NCBI GenBank assembly: GCA_963714975.1
Contig: CAVQQD010000003.1
Span: 782,624 to 846,623 of the forward strand
From: an uncultured Gammaproteobacteria bacterium
Lineage (GTDB): Bacteria; Pseudomonadota; Gammaproteobacteria; JAURND01
DNA: 64,000 nt
Direction of reading: 5' to 3'
This document shows positions 39,215-49,164 of the stretch, one piece after another. Positions within the stretch are counted from its first letter, which is position 1. Each line of letters opens with the position of its first letter. Both the position numbers and the translations under genes were made by a program. A model generated the notes under the pieces. The model was given only the letters and a program-made list of their open reading frames with translations, was not told where the DNA came from and made no database searches.

Positions 39215-40585
39215 ATGACATTAGACATCGTCCTATTTTCACGATTGCAATTCGCCTTCACTATAAGTTTTCATATATTATTTCCGGCTTTTAGTATTGG
39301 TTTATCCGTATTTATTGCCATTATAGAAGGAATATATCTTAAAACCAAAAATGATCAGTATCTCCAAATAGCTAAATTTTGGACCAAGGTATTTGCATTA
39401 ACTTTTGGAATGGGGGTGGTATCGGGCATTGTTATGGAATTTCAACTGGGTACGAATTGGTCAGGTTTTGTGCACTCAGTTGGCAGCGTTTTAGGGGCAT
39501 TATTCACTTACGAGGTGATGACAGCTTTTTTTATTGAAGCAGGTTTTCTAGGCGTCATGCTATTTGGTTGGAATAAGGTGAGCCCGCGGTTGCATTATTT
39601 AGCCACCTTGCTAGTCACAGTGGGCACTACGCTATCTGCTTATTGGATTATGTCAGCCAACACCTGGATGCAGCATCCAGTCGGCTATGAGATTGTGAAT
39701 AATATTTTCGAATTGCGCAGCTGGTCTGAGGTAGTATTAAACCCCTTTAATTGGCCGCGATTCATCCACATGTTATTGGCATCTTATATATCAGCTGGCT
39801 TTGTTATTTGCAGTGTGTCTGGCTTTTATTTATTGCAAAAAAGGCATATCGAATTTTCACAAAAATGTTTAAGTTTTACCTGGATTGGACTTTGTTTCTT
39901 AGTGCCATTGCAGATTTTTGTGGGCGATATCAATGGTCTATTTATAGTAAAATATCAACCGATCAAAACGGCCGCCATGGAAGGATTGTGGGAAACGACA
40001 GAGGGCGCGCCGTTTTTAATTTTTGCTATTCCTGATCAAAAGCACCAGACTAATCATATGGAATTGAAAATACCCTATGCGGCATCATTTATTAATACTC
40101 ATCATTGGAATGGAAAATTGCTGGGCTTAAAATCTGTCTCGAAAGACGAGCAACCTCAGGTGGGGCAAGTATTTTATAGCTTCAGAATCATGGTTTATTT
40201 AGGCGTGCTGATGTTAATCCTGTCAGTAATCTCTTTATACTTGCGCTATAAAAAACGGTTATTTGATAGTAAATGGTTTTTAAAAATTAATGTATTTAGC
40301 GCGCCTGCGGGATTTATTGCTTTGTGGTGTGGCTGGATCACTGCAGAAGCAGGCAGGCAACCCTGGATTGTCTATAACTTGATCAAAACGGCGGAAGCGG
40401 TGTCGAACGTGGCTTTGCATGATGTAATTACTTCATTCGTCTTAATAATAATTGTCTATGGCATCATTTTTGGATTTTTTTATTTTTACTTCTTACATCA
40501 GATGCTTAAAAAAGGACCTGTGGTATCAGAGCCGATTCGGCAACCATTTGAGTATATGTATATTCCAAACCAGGAGAAAAACTAA
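39215..40585 (+). CDS. cydA: Cytochrome bd ubiquinol oxidase subunit I
   Basis: The N-terminus MTLDIVLFSRLQFAFTISFHILFPAFSIGL is canonical CydA. The 456-aa size fits and cydB follows. Confidence 0.9.
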   Translation: MTLDIVLFSRLQFAFTISFHILFPAFSIGLSVFIAIIEGIYLKTKNDQYLQIAKFWTKVFALTFGMGVVSGIVMEFQLGTNWSGFVHSVGSVLGALFTYEVMTAFFIEAGFLGVMLFGWNKVSPRLHYLATLLVTVGTTLSAYWIMSANTWMQHPVGYEIVNNIFELRSWSEVVLNPFNWPRFIHMLLASYISAGFVICSVSGFYLLQKRHIEFSQKCLSFTWIGLCFLVPLQIFVGDINGLFIVKYQPIKTAAMEGLWETTEGAPFLIFAIPDQKHQTNHMELKIPYAASFINTHHWNGKLLGLKSVSKDEQPQVGQVFYSFRIMVYLGVLMLILSVISLYLRYKKRLFDSKWFLKINVFSAPAGFIALWCGWITAEAGRQPWIVYNLIKTAEAVSNVALHDVITSFVLIIIVYGIIFGFFYFYFLHQMLKKGPVVSEPIRQPFEYMYIPNQEKN

Positions 40586-40586
40586 T

Positions 40587-41585
40587 ATGCATTGGCTAGC
40601 TTCAATATGGGTGGTGATTATTGCCTTTGGAGTTATTATGTATGTCATTCTCGATGGTTTTGACCTGGGCATCGGCATCCTCTCGATTTTTTTTAAAGAC
40701 GAGCATGAAAGAGATCTTATGATCAGCACCATTTTACCAGTATGGGATGGCAATGGGACCTGGCTGGTTTTTGGTGGGGCTGCACTCTATGGCGCTTTTC
40801 CCTTAGCTTTTAGCGTAATCTTACCGGCCATTTACATGCCGATTTTAATTATGGTGCTGTCTTTACTATTCAGAGGCGTAGCGCTTGAATTTCGCTTTAA
40901 AGCAATTAAAAGTAAAGTTTTCTGGGACATGTGTTTTTTTTCGGGTTCCATGGTCGCTACGATTAGTCAGGGTTTGATATTGGGGACATTTGTGAGGGGT
41001 TTTTCACTGATCCCTGAGCAAACAGTGCTTGGCTATGAACAGTGGATCAATCCCTTTGGTATCGCTTGTGCCATTGCCCTGGTTTTTGGCTATGTTCTGC
41101 TGGGTTCAAACCGCTTGATCGGAAAAACGACTGGAGCAATACAGCAAAAAACCTTTGCCATTTCCGCTAAAACACAATACATCATTATTTTTTCTGTCAT
41201 TTTGGTCAGCCTCTGGTCCCCCTTCCTTGATGCTGCTATCAGGTCTCGATGGTTTAACCCGCAGCATATGTTTTACCTTGCCCTGTTACCTTTCTTAGCT
41301 GCCTTATTCCTGTTTATGCACTGGCGTGCCATCAAGAAAAAACATGAGTATTTACCTTTTTGGTCTCTTATTGGAGTTTTTATTACCTGTTATATCGGAT
41401 TCATTATTAGCAGCTATCCGTACATTGTACCTAGACACATCACCTATATCGAAGCGGCTGCAAATGATACTACGTTAACCGTCATGATGATTGGTGCGGC
41501 GATCATGTTGCCCGCTTTGCTTTTCTATACCTATTATTCATATCGGATTTTTCGTGGAAAAGTCACTGATAAATTGGGATATTAA
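40587..41585 (+). CDS. cydB: Cytochrome bd ubiquinol oxidase subunit II
   Basis: The ATG at 40587, with SD CAGGAGAAAA, sits 1 nt after the cydA stop and opens MHWLASIWVVIIAFGVIMYVILDGFDLGIGIL. The ORF track's 40452 start would overlap cydA by 134 nt. Confidence 0.85.
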   Translation: MHWLASIWVVIIAFGVIMYVILDGFDLGIGILSIFFKDEHERDLMISTILPVWDGNGTWLVFGGAALYGAFPLAFSVILPAIYMPILIMVLSLLFRGVALEFRFKAIKSKVFWDMCFFSGSMVATISQGLILGTFVRGFSLIPEQTVLGYEQWINPFGIACAIALVFGYVLLGSNRLIGKTTGAIQQKTFAISAKTQYIIIFSVILVSLWSPFLDAAIRSRWFNPQHMFYLALLPFLAALFLFMHWRAIKKKHEYLPFWSLIGVFITCYIGFIISSYPYIVPRHITYIEAAANDTTLTVMMIGAAIMLPALLFYTYYSYRIFRGKVTDKLGY

Positions 41586-41707
41586 TGTTACTGTTCATGA
41601 AACGTAAAAATTATTTATTGTGGTTTATTGGCTTGTACTTAGGATCTTTATTGGCCTTTGGTGTTTTAATGGGCATTTTAAAATTAGTCCTATTAGCAAT
41701 CAGTTAA
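41585..41707 (+). CDS. cydX: CydX-like small membrane subunit of cytochrome bd oxidase (40 aa; absent from the ORF track because it is under 60 aa)
   Basis: The ATG overlaps the cydB stop (TAATG). It encodes MLLFMKRKNYLLWFIGLYLGSLLAFGVLMGILKLVLLAIS, a single-TM peptide with the W-F-x-G...LLA pattern of CydX/YbgT. Confidence 0.5.
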   Translation: MLLFMKRKNYLLWFIGLYLGSLLAFGVLMGILKLVLLAIS

Positions 41708-41712
41708 GAATT

Positions 41713-42579
41713 TCAGTAGCCCCTACTACCCCTGCTCATGGTTAATGGCAGATTTTGCTGAGCTTCGTCTTGGAAATCGCAAAGGAATTTTTTATGTTGC
41801 CAAAAACCACCAGCCGCAAAGACAAGACCAAGCGTAATTAATCCACATGCAATAGCAACACCAAGTTGAAGATGAGGCAACACAGTTGAAGTCATACTCC
41901 ATTCACGTTGATCACACAGGGTAGGTACAAGCACCGTGACCCCTCCAACAATTAACTGTATAGATACGACCATAGACAGAAAACATAAGACTTGCCGACG
42001 GTCATAATCTCTTTCGCTTGCAAAGCTATAGATGAGCCCATTATATTTGGGCAATGCTTTTTTAAGGGGTTTAATATCCGTATTAATAAATGTTAAAAGG
42101 TAAAAAAACTTATCATCATCTTTAGGTTGAACAAACTTAAGATCAGTTACTTGTGCACTTTCGAAATCTGAATCAATAAAAATACTTGGATTATTAAAGG
42201 TGCAATTTTTTAAATTAGAGTACTTAAATTTTGCACAAAATAGAGATACAGTTTGGGGTAGCCTTATTGTGGCATTTTCTAAGTTTGCCTGCGAAAAATT
42301 TGCAACTATTTTACTGTCCCCATAACGAAAGGAAAAGCTTATATCGCAGCCACTTAAATCAGAGCCAGAAAAATCAAAACGAGGAAGAAGATTTTCGTGT
42401 TCGTTTTCAAAGGTTTTATATGGATATTTACGGATACCTCGGCCCGTTTTCTTATAGAAGCGGAGTATGTAGTTGCTACTAGGCCAAGATTGATATTCAA
42501 AGCAAATATCGTATTGTTTCAGATTTAAATTCGCAAAATTAAAAGTAAATTCATTTCTAGCCTTCTTATAATCTTTCAT
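41713..42579 (-). CDS. Pentapeptide-repeat protein with C-terminal transmembrane helices
   Basis: Pentapeptide repeats A(N/D)LxxxDLSGCDISFSF, FSQANLENATIR and FKYSNLKNCTFNN are present. The C-terminal hydrophobic segments are VLCFLSMVVSIQLIVGGVTVLV and VAIACGLITLGLVFAAGGFW. Confidence 0.6.
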   Translation of the reverse strand: MKDYKKARNEFTFNFANLNLKQYDICFEYQSWPSSNYILRFYKKTGRGIRKYPYKTFENEHENLLPRFDFSGSDLSGCDISFSFRYGDSKIVANFSQANLENATIRLPQTVSLFCAKFKYSNLKNCTFNNPSIFIDSDFESAQVTDLKFVQPKDDDKFFYLLTFINTDIKPLKKALPKYNGLIYSFASERDYDRRQVLCFLSMVVSIQLIVGGVTVLVPTLCDQREWSMTSTVLPHLQLGVAIACGLITLGLVFAAGGFWQHKKFLCDFQDEAQQNLPLTMSRGSRGY

Positions 42580-42885
42580 GACCTTATCAAAATATTGGTC
42601 TGTAGGTGCAGCAGGGAGGGGGGAAGCTCAATATATTCGATTAGTATATTTTTGATAAGATCTTGAATCAATATAGGGCCTAGAGTCTTTTCAAGCTCAG
42701 AAACTATACCCTCTTTTGGAGTCCAAACGGATTTTTCTTTTTCATTACCTTTGGTTATCATAGCTATCTTACAAGTCTTGCGCGCGAGGCATAGGCTTGT
42801 GGGATTATACTAGCTTGTTTAGGACTTTACAACCCCATGGCATTGGTCTTGGTCGTGGGGATTGGTATAGTTTGTGTTATGCATG

Positions 42886-43881
42886 CTATGCAGAAATTAA
42901 TCCCACCGCTTGGAAAACTTGTTTCACCATTTTATTGGCTCGTTCATTGGCGGCAATAGCCCCCTGTTGAAGAATAGTATGCAAAATCATTTCATCAGCG
43001 CGTAATTCGTGGTATTGGCGTTGGATCGGTTCTAATAGGCTAATCAACTGCTCCGCTAAATCACCTTTAAATTTTCCGTAGCCGCTGCCTTGATAAGTTT
43101 GTTCTAATTCTGCAATGCTTTTTCCAGAAGTGGCGGAGAATAAACTGAGTAAATTGGATATGCCTGGTTTATTCGCACTATCAAAACGCACTTCGTTACC
43201 TGAGTCGGTCACTGAACGTTTCAGTTTGTTGCGAATCAGGTCGGGCGGGTCGAGTAGGGCCAAGTAATTATGTTCATTAGGGTCTGATTTGGACATCTTT
43301 TGTTGTGGTTCTTGCAAGCTCATGATTCGTGCCCCTTGCTCTAAAATGTAGGGGGTGGGGATGGTGAAAATTTCCCCGTAATAATGGTTAAAGCGCATCG
43401 CAAGGTCACGGGTTAACTCTAAATGTTGTTTTTGATCTTCGCCGACCGGCACTTGATCTGCGTTGTAGATTAAAATGTCGGCTGCCATCAAAATGGGGTA
43501 GCTAAATAAGCCACAATTGATATTGCTGGCATAGCGTTGGGATTTATCCTTGAATTGGGTCATACGATTGAGCTCACCCATATGAGTAAAGCAATTCAAA
43601 ATCCAAGCTAATTGGGTGTGGCCAGGGACATGGGATTGGGCAAACAGGGTATTTTTGTGTGGATCAATGCCGCAAGCGATATAAAGCGCGAGCATGTCAT
43701 AGCAACGGCTGCTTAACGCTTTGGGGTCTTGTTTCACGGTTAAGGTGTGCAGATCAGCTAACATGAATAGGCAATCGTATTCTGTTTGCAGCTGGGCCCA
43801 GTTTTGAATGGCGCCAAGATAGTGCCCAATCGTCAGGTGTCCTGAGGGCTGGATGCCACTTAGTACGATTTTTTTTGCCAT
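42886..43881 (-). CDS. trpS: Tryptophan--tRNA ligase
   Basis: GIQPSGHLTIGHYLGAI provides the HIGH-type motif and KMSKS appears as KMSKSDPNE. The protein is 331 aa and has an SD AGGGA. Confidence 0.9.
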   Translation of the reverse strand: MAKKIVLSGIQPSGHLTIGHYLGAIQNWAQLQTEYDCLFMLADLHTLTVKQDPKALSSRCYDMLALYIACGIDPHKNTLFAQSHVPGHTQLAWILNCFTHMGELNRMTQFKDKSQRYASNINCGLFSYPILMAADILIYNADQVPVGEDQKQHLELTRDLAMRFNHYYGEIFTIPTPYILEQGARIMSLQEPQQKMSKSDPNEHNYLALLDPPDLIRNKLKRSVTDSGNEVRFDSANKPGISNLLSLFSATSGKSIAELEQTYQGSGYGKFKGDLAEQLISLLEPIQRQYHELRADEMILHTILQQGAIAANERANKMVKQVFQAVGLISA

Positions 43882-44074
43882 TTATCCCTGCCTTAATATA
43901 AAGCTTCGTAGTATACGCATTGTCGTTAGGGTGTCAAAACTATTTGCTAATGTGGGTTATCTTAACGTTATCTTAAAAATTTGTTTAAAAACTAATGCAA
44001 GCATGGTAAACTAGCTCCGCTTCTGAAGCCTCGGGAGTTTTAGGGACGACGTCCCTTAATTAGCAATAACTAAT

Positions 44075-44524
44075 ATGGAGATTTTTCAGATGGTAAAAAT
44101 TAATTTTGGTAGGATCCTTAAAGGTGCCTTGATTGTTTCTGGTGTGGCTTTATGCTGCAATGTTCAAGTGGCTAGCGCCGACATGATGTCAAGTGACCAA
44201 AAAGCAGCTTTGATGCAAGAAGCCCAGCAGAAATGGGATAGCTTATCGGACGAACAGAAGCAAGTCATCAGGCAGCGGTTAGTTGAAAGATGGAAAAATA
44301 TGTCACCCGAGCAAAAAACAGCTATGAAAGAGCGGCTGCGTAATGTGTGGGAGAATATGACCCCTGAAGAACGTAAAACCGTACGTGAAAAAATGCACGC
44401 CAAATACGAGAGTCTAACCCCTGAAGAAAAGCAGAAAGTTGATGAGAAGTTCAAAGCCGAGTGGGATGCATTATCACCTGCTGAGCGTGAAAAAGTGTTA
44501 GCAATGGAAGGCAACAAGCAGTAA
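44075..44524 (+). CDS. Secreted DUF3106-like protein with repeated S/T-P-E-(Q/E)-(K/R) motifs
   Basis: Signal-peptide-like ALIVSGVALCCNVQVASA is followed by repeats LSDEQKQVIRQR, MSPEQKTAMKER, MTPEERKTVREK, LTPEEKQKVDEK and LSPAEREKVLA. The likely start is the second Met (MVKINF...). Confidence 0.5.
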   Translation: MEIFQMVKINFGRILKGALIVSGVALCCNVQVASADMMSSDQKAALMQEAQQKWDSLSDEQKQVIRQRLVERWKNMSPEQKTAMKERLRNVWENMTPEERKTVREKMHAKYESLTPEEKQKVDEKFKAEWDALSPAEREKVLAMEGNKQ

Positions 44525-44554
44525 TAAAGGAGGATGATATGCACATGAAACTTG

Positions 44555-44640
44555 TGTCATCCCGAGCAACGGCGAGGGATTCTCTTGCAACTGGCATGGA
44601 GATTCCTCGTCACAAGCTCCTCGGGATGACGGATATGTGT
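44555..44640. repeat. Imperfect palindromic element, family 3 (10-bp outer arms TCATCCCGAG / CTCGGGATGA)
   Basis: TGTCATCCCGAGCAACGGCGAGGGATTCTC ... GAGATTCCTCGTCACAAGCTCCTCGGGATGACGG. A partial copy (GTGTCATCCCGCGAAGCG) lies at 58405-58425. Confidence 0.5.
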
Positions 44641-44750
44641 CATGTGCATATTCCTTAATGTTGACCTAACAAGAATAATATGTAATTCTGTGCGCTTGGA
44701 TATGGCTTATAAGTAAGGAATTGTAAATTATTATAATATTGAGGTGAATT

Positions 44751-44894
44751 ATGAGTGTGAAGATAGTAGCTGTTGTAGCAGCCAGTGCTTTATTTGTAAC
44801 CAGTGCTTTTGCCTGTCCTTTTCTGAGTATATTTTCCAAAAAACCAGCTCCAAGTCCTGATAGGGAAGCTCAATATACTGCAGTTCAAAGTTAA
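44751..44894 (+). CDS. Candidate small secreted peptide (47 aa; not in the ORF track)
   Basis: SD GAGGTG 7 nt upstream of the ATG. It encodes MSVKIVAVVAASALFVTSAFACPFLSIFSKKPAPSPDREAQYTAVQS, a signal-peptide-like N-terminus with a Cys after AFA. Confidence 0.3.
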   Translation: MSVKIVAVVAASALFVTSAFACPFLSIFSKKPAPSPDREAQYTAVQS

Positions 44895-44996
44895 TTAAGT
44901 TAATTTATGAGGTGGGAATAAGGTAGTGTGCACATTGTACGCTACCCTATTTTTTTTAAATTAATGGTACGTTAATGAACATTTTTTGCCAGCCTC

Positions 44997-46775
44997 ATGA
45001 CAGCGCCTAAAACCCTAACCAGTGCCTTCCATCTCTACAAACGTCTCTTGGCCGCAGTAAAGCCCTATATTTTGGTTTTTATTCTCGGCATTACTTGCAC
45101 GGCTTCAGCTTCTGGAATTGATGCCGGTCTGGCTTGGCTGATTAAACCTATCATAGATAATGGTTTGACGGACCGGAATTCGCAATTTTTGCGGATACTG
45201 CCGTTGGCCATTGTGGGAATATTTCTGGTACGGGGAATAGCCGTCTTTTTCTCGAGTTATTGTGTGGCTAAAGTGGGACGCAGTGTGGTCATGGATTTTA
45301 GACAAAAAATATTTACGCATATGCTGCACTTACCGGCCAGCTTTTATGATCGGGAATCTTCAGGCCAGTTGCTTTCTCGCTTGATTTATAATGTGGAACA
45401 GGTGGCGGGAGCGACTACCAATGCCTTACTGATCATTGTGCAAGAGTCGGTATTGGCCATTGGTTTAGTGGTAGTTATGTTCTTATTAAGCTGGCAATTG
45501 ACGCTGTTATTTATGATTGTATTTCCGCTGATTGCCTGGTTTGTGCGTTATACTAGCCGTCGTTTGCGTAAGCTCAGCACGCATGTCCAAAAAACCATGG
45601 GTCAACTCTCCCATATTGCGGAAGAAAGCATTGAAGGCTATCGAGTGATCCGCATTTTTGGTGGTGAGAGCTATGAGCAGCAAAAATTTACCGCGGCGAC
45701 CCGAGATAATCGTCGGCGTGAAATGAAGATCGTAGCCACTAATGCGATTGGTTCGGCTGTGACACAAATTATTATTTCATTTTCAATCGCCATGATTTTA
45801 GTCATCGCGACCTTACCTTCAATATCGGTTTCTGCCGGTAGTTTTGCGGCCTTAGTGGCTTCTATGTTTACTTTATTACGTCCCTTGCGGCGCATTAATC
45901 AAGTGAACAATCTTTTGCAGAAAGGTTTGGCCGGTGCGCAAAGTATTTTTGAGCTACTTGATGTGGTCCCAGAAAAAGATACTGGACCTTTAATTTTGAC
46001 TCGTGCCAAGGGAAATATTGAGTATCGTCACGTCAACTTTTCATATCCCTCTACCCAAAAGAAGGTTTTGAGCGATGTTTCTTTTCGTATTGAACCTGGT
46101 GAGACCATAGCTTTAGTAGGTAAATCGGGGAGTGGGAAGTCCACCTTGGTAAGCCTCCTGCCACGATTTTATGAATTACAGCAAGGCTATATTTTTCTAG
46201 ATGGGCATGATATTCGCGAGTATCGCCTTGCTGATTTGCGCAATCAATTTGCCTTGGTGACCCAAAATATTACCTTATTTAATGACACCATTGCTCGTAA
46301 CATTAGTTATGGGCGGCTCAGTCAGGCCAGTGAAGCTGATATTATTCGAGCAGCGGAAGCAGCCCATGCCATGGAGTTTATTCGAGAGTTCCCTGAAGGG
46401 CTTGATACCTTGATAGGCGAGAACGGCGTATTGCTTTCTGGGGGCCAACGTCAGCGTATTGCCATTGCCAGGGCTATATTAAAAGAAGCGCCCATCTTAA
46501 TTTTGGATGAGGCGACTTCAGCATTGGATACAGAGTCCGAACGTCATATCCAAATTGCTTTTGAAAGCTTAATACGCAATCGCACGACTCTGGTCATTGC
46601 TCATCGCTTATCGACTATAGAAAATGCTGATCGGATTTTGGTGGTGGAGAAGGGTTGCATTATCGAAGCTGGCTCTCATGCCGAGCTATTGGTACAAAAC
46701 GGGCATTATGCGCGATTACATGCTTTACAGTTTAAAGAGCCTGCCCAACATGTTGATTCTGAAGTTGTGGTATAA
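44997..46775 (+). CDS. msbA: Lipid A export ABC transporter ATP-binding/permease protein MsbA
   Basis: Six-TM N-terminal domain and an ABC cassette (GKSGSGKST, LSGGQRQRIAIARAIL, ILDEATSALD). lpxK is directly downstream. Confidence 0.9.
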   Translation: MTAPKTLTSAFHLYKRLLAAVKPYILVFILGITCTASASGIDAGLAWLIKPIIDNGLTDRNSQFLRILPLAIVGIFLVRGIAVFFSSYCVAKVGRSVVMDFRQKIFTHMLHLPASFYDRESSGQLLSRLIYNVEQVAGATTNALLIIVQESVLAIGLVVVMFLLSWQLTLLFMIVFPLIAWFVRYTSRRLRKLSTHVQKTMGQLSHIAEESIEGYRVIRIFGGESYEQQKFTAATRDNRRREMKIVATNAIGSAVTQIIISFSIAMILVIATLPSISVSAGSFAALVASMFTLLRPLRRINQVNNLLQKGLAGAQSIFELLDVVPEKDTGPLILTRAKGNIEYRHVNFSYPSTQKKVLSDVSFRIEPGETIALVGKSGSGKSTLVSLLPRFYELQQGYIFLDGHDIREYRLADLRNQFALVTQNITLFNDTIARNISYGRLSQASEADIIRAAEAAHAMEFIREFPEGLDTLIGENGVLLSGGQRQRIAIARAILKEAPILILDEATSALDTESERHIQIAFESLIRNRTTLVIAHRLSTIENADRILVVEKGCIIEAGSHAELLVQNGHYARLHALQFKEPAQHVDSEVVV

Positions 46776-47778
46776 CAAATCTGGATCCCACGGACAATCC
46801 CGCGATCAAGTCGTGGGAGCGGGACGATGGAGTCCCTGGTTATATAGCTTAATTCCTTTGTCTTTACTCTATCGCGGTGCGGTAGCGGCCAAACGTTGGT
46901 GTTATCGGTCAGGGTGGTGTAAAACCACTGAATTCTCTGTGCCAATAATTGTGATCGGCAATTTGACTGTTGGTGGCACGGGCAAAACTCCGATGCTGAT
47001 TGCCTTAGCGCAATTTTTGCAAACACAAGGCTATCAGCCAGGGATTGTGAGTCGTGGCTATGGAGCTAAAACTAAGTGCTTTCCCTATGCAGTTTCTGCG
47101 CAATCAAATCCGCGAGAAGCAGGGGATGAGCCAGTGTTAATTGCGCGTCGCACTGGCTGTCCAGTAGTGATTGGGCCTAATCGAGTTGCAGCAGTGCAGG
47201 CATTACTCGCCACGAATTCCTGTGATGTTATTTTAAGTGATGACGGTTTGCAGCACTATGCCCTGGGGCGCAGTCTGGAATTAGTGATGATTGATGGGGA
47301 ACGTCGTTTTGGTAATGGCCTGTGTTTACCTGCAGGACCGTTGCGTGAGCCAGTGCAGCGTTTAAATGAGGTTGATTTTATTATTTGCCAAGGCGGAAGT
47401 CCTGTGGAGAATGAGTGGCAGATGGATTTGCTACCAGGGGAATTATATAACTTGCGAGATCGAGGGCGGAAATTTTCTGCACCTGCGGTTACTCAGGTTC
47501 ATGCGTTTGCTGGGATTGGTAACCCGGCGCGCTTTTTTCGTGAGCTGCGAAATAAGGGCTTTAGTGTGATCGAACATATTTTCCCGGATCATCATAATTA
47601 TTTTCCAGGGGACATTGCTGTAGGCCCAGAAGAGATTGTGATTATGACGGAAAAAGATGCGGTAAAATGCCAAGCCTTTGCCCAAGATAATTATTGGTGC
47701 CTACCAGTCACAGCCCAATGTGATCAAAAGTTATGGGAGGCTGTATTGCAAAAACTGACCAAAATTAATAGGAATTAA
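46750..47778 (+). CDS. lpxK: Tetraacyldisaccharide 4'-kinase
   Basis: The internal ATG at 46750 overlaps msbA by 26 nt; the ORF track opens the same frame further upstream at 46624. The N-terminus KLW...PWLYSLIPLSLLYRGAVAAKR parallels E. coli LpxK KIW..LW.LL.PLSWLYG. The P-loop is VGNLTVGGTGKTP. Confidence 0.8.
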   Translation: MLILKLWYNKSGSHGQSRDQVVGAGRWSPWLYSLIPLSLLYRGAVAAKRWCYRSGWCKTTEFSVPIIVIGNLTVGGTGKTPMLIALAQFLQTQGYQPGIVSRGYGAKTKCFPYAVSAQSNPREAGDEPVLIARRTGCPVVIGPNRVAAVQALLATNSCDVILSDDGLQHYALGRSLELVMIDGERRFGNGLCLPAGPLREPVQRLNEVDFIICQGGSPVENEWQMDLLPGELYNLRDRGRKFSAPAVTQVHAFAGIGNPARFFRELRNKGFSVIEHIFPDHHNYFPGDIAVGPEEIVIMTEKDAVKCQAFAQDNYWCLPVTAQCDQKLWEAVLQKLTKINRN

Positions 47779-47781
47779 TAT

Positions 47782-48273
47782 ATGGACATTGATACTAACG
47801 TACACAATAAAAGTTATGGATTATTTTATCTTAAAACTGGAATATTATTTTTTTGGGGCCTATGGTTTGGAATTGTTTTTCTAAGCAATTTGATTGATTT
47901 GTTAAATGTTCATTATGGAGTAATGATTAATTTTAAATTTGATTCGGGTAATTACCAGGCAGTAGAAAAAGTGATATCAATATATAACACCCCGAACTAT
48001 ATTTTAACTTTATTGTTTCATTTTAATATTATTATCCAAGGTGTTACAGCATTTTTATTTTTAATTGCGGCTGTTAGCTTCTACAGATTAAAACCATATT
48101 CTTGGAAATTTGTAAATTTAGCGTTTGCAATTAGTATTGCATTATGGGGAGTTTTCATGATTATGGAAGAAGTTTTTATCGCATATCAATTTGAACCAAC
48201 TCATATGCGCTTAGGCATGTTTGAAATGATTTCTTTATTAATGTTTCACTTATTACAATTGGAGAGACCATAA
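47782..48273 (+). CDS. Hypothetical membrane protein
   Basis: 163 aa with four predicted hydrophobic helices. No recognisable domain. Confidence 0.45.
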   Translation: MDIDTNVHNKSYGLFYLKTGILFFWGLWFGIVFLSNLIDLLNVHYGVMINFKFDSGNYQAVEKVISIYNTPNYILTLLFHFNIIIQGVTAFLFLIAAVSFYRLKPYSWKFVNLAFAISIALWGVFMIMEEVFIAYQFEPTHMRLGMFEMISLLMFHLLQLERP

Positions 48274-48564
48274 CAGACCACCCTTCTATGTGACCGTCAT
48301 TTGATTTTTGCAGGTGGGGGAGAGGAGGTGCTTTGCACCAGTGGTCTGAGAAGGTTCCTCGTTATGAGTTACATAACGCATAGCAACTTTATACATTAAA
48401 AATAGGAGTAATGCCGCGATATAAGGTGTAAAAGGACTATTAAGCGCTTCTCCAAAGGAAGAAGCCTTCCAAGGCTGGGCAGGTGCAAGAGCATCAGCAC
48501 TACCGCCCTATGCAATAAAAAAATATGAAAGTAAAGGTAAGCTATCAGATGGCGCGGAAGAAAT

Positions 48565-48599
48565 CCCTTCTCTCACAGCACTTTGCTGTAAGAGAAGGG
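48565..48599 (-). terminator. Candidate rho-independent terminator downstream of the avidin-like gene
   Basis: 15-bp stem CCCTTCTCTCACAGC / GCTGTAAGAGAAGGG with one mismatch and a 5-nt loop. On the minus strand it is followed by ATTTCTTCC. It lies 12 nt past the stop codon. Confidence 0.4.
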
Positions 48600-48610
48600 A
48601 TTCTGGCGCG

Positions 48611-49045
48611 CTAGGTAGTTTGTTTATTAAAAGTGTCTGATCCGATGGTGTTCGCATCCCAATTAGCTTGTACAGGATCATCTGCTTTTCTAGCTACTAA
48701 CCAAATCGTTTTTAATTCGTCATTATTTCGGTTGAAATTACCCGTCATTGCGACCACACTATTGCAAGCAGGATAATTGACAATCAGTGCGATAGCGTTG
48801 CCATTGTAATAACCTGTTACTGGAACTGGCTGCCCAATCGCAGCTTTGCAATTTCCCACTGCGGTGATGAAGCTACCGGTTAAACTGCCTGCATTTGCTT
48901 GCTCGCTATTCCAAGTCAAAGTTAGGGTGGAACCACGCTGATTTTTGTAGGTGATTGAATTGCTGGGTGCGGCGCTAATTGCCGTGCTGCCCATCACTAA
49001 GCAGCTCACCATGCTGATGACTATTTTGGTTCTGATTTTTTTCAT
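48611..49045 (-). CDS. Avidin/streptavidin-family (biotin-binding beta-barrel) secreted protein
   Basis: Start at MKKIRTKIV with SD AAGGAGA and a signal peptide. The block LTLTWNSEQ..SLTGSF.TAVGN...TGYYNGNAIALIVNY...WLVARKADDPVQANWDANTIGSDTFNK parallels streptavidin GTWYNQLGS..LTGTYESAVGN...[25 protein letters not shown]. Confidence 0.75.
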   Translation of the reverse strand: MKKIRTKIVISMVSCLVMGSTAISAAPSNSITYKNQRGSTLTLTWNSEQANAGSLTGSFITAVGNCKAAIGQPVPVTGYYNGNAIALIVNYPACNSVVAMTGNFNRNNDELKTIWLVARKADDPVQANWDANTIGSDTFNKQTT

Positions 49046-49164
49046 TTTTTCTCCTTGAGGATATGATGGAAAAGATAGGCAACATGCTAGCACAATCTAT
49101 CCAGCTATAGAATATCGGCATTTTACTATTTCGATATTGTCGCACTTGCCCTAAATTCGTGGAT

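Noticed and set aside
40452-40586. Upstream extension of the cydB ORF proposed by the ORF track
   Set aside because: It would overlap cydA by 134 nt. The ATG at 40587, with an SD and a conserved CydB N-terminus, is the real start.
44164-44544. 126-aa minus-strand ORF
   Set aside because: It is antisense to the DUF3106-like gene and has no RBS. The periodic repeats in the sense gene generate it.
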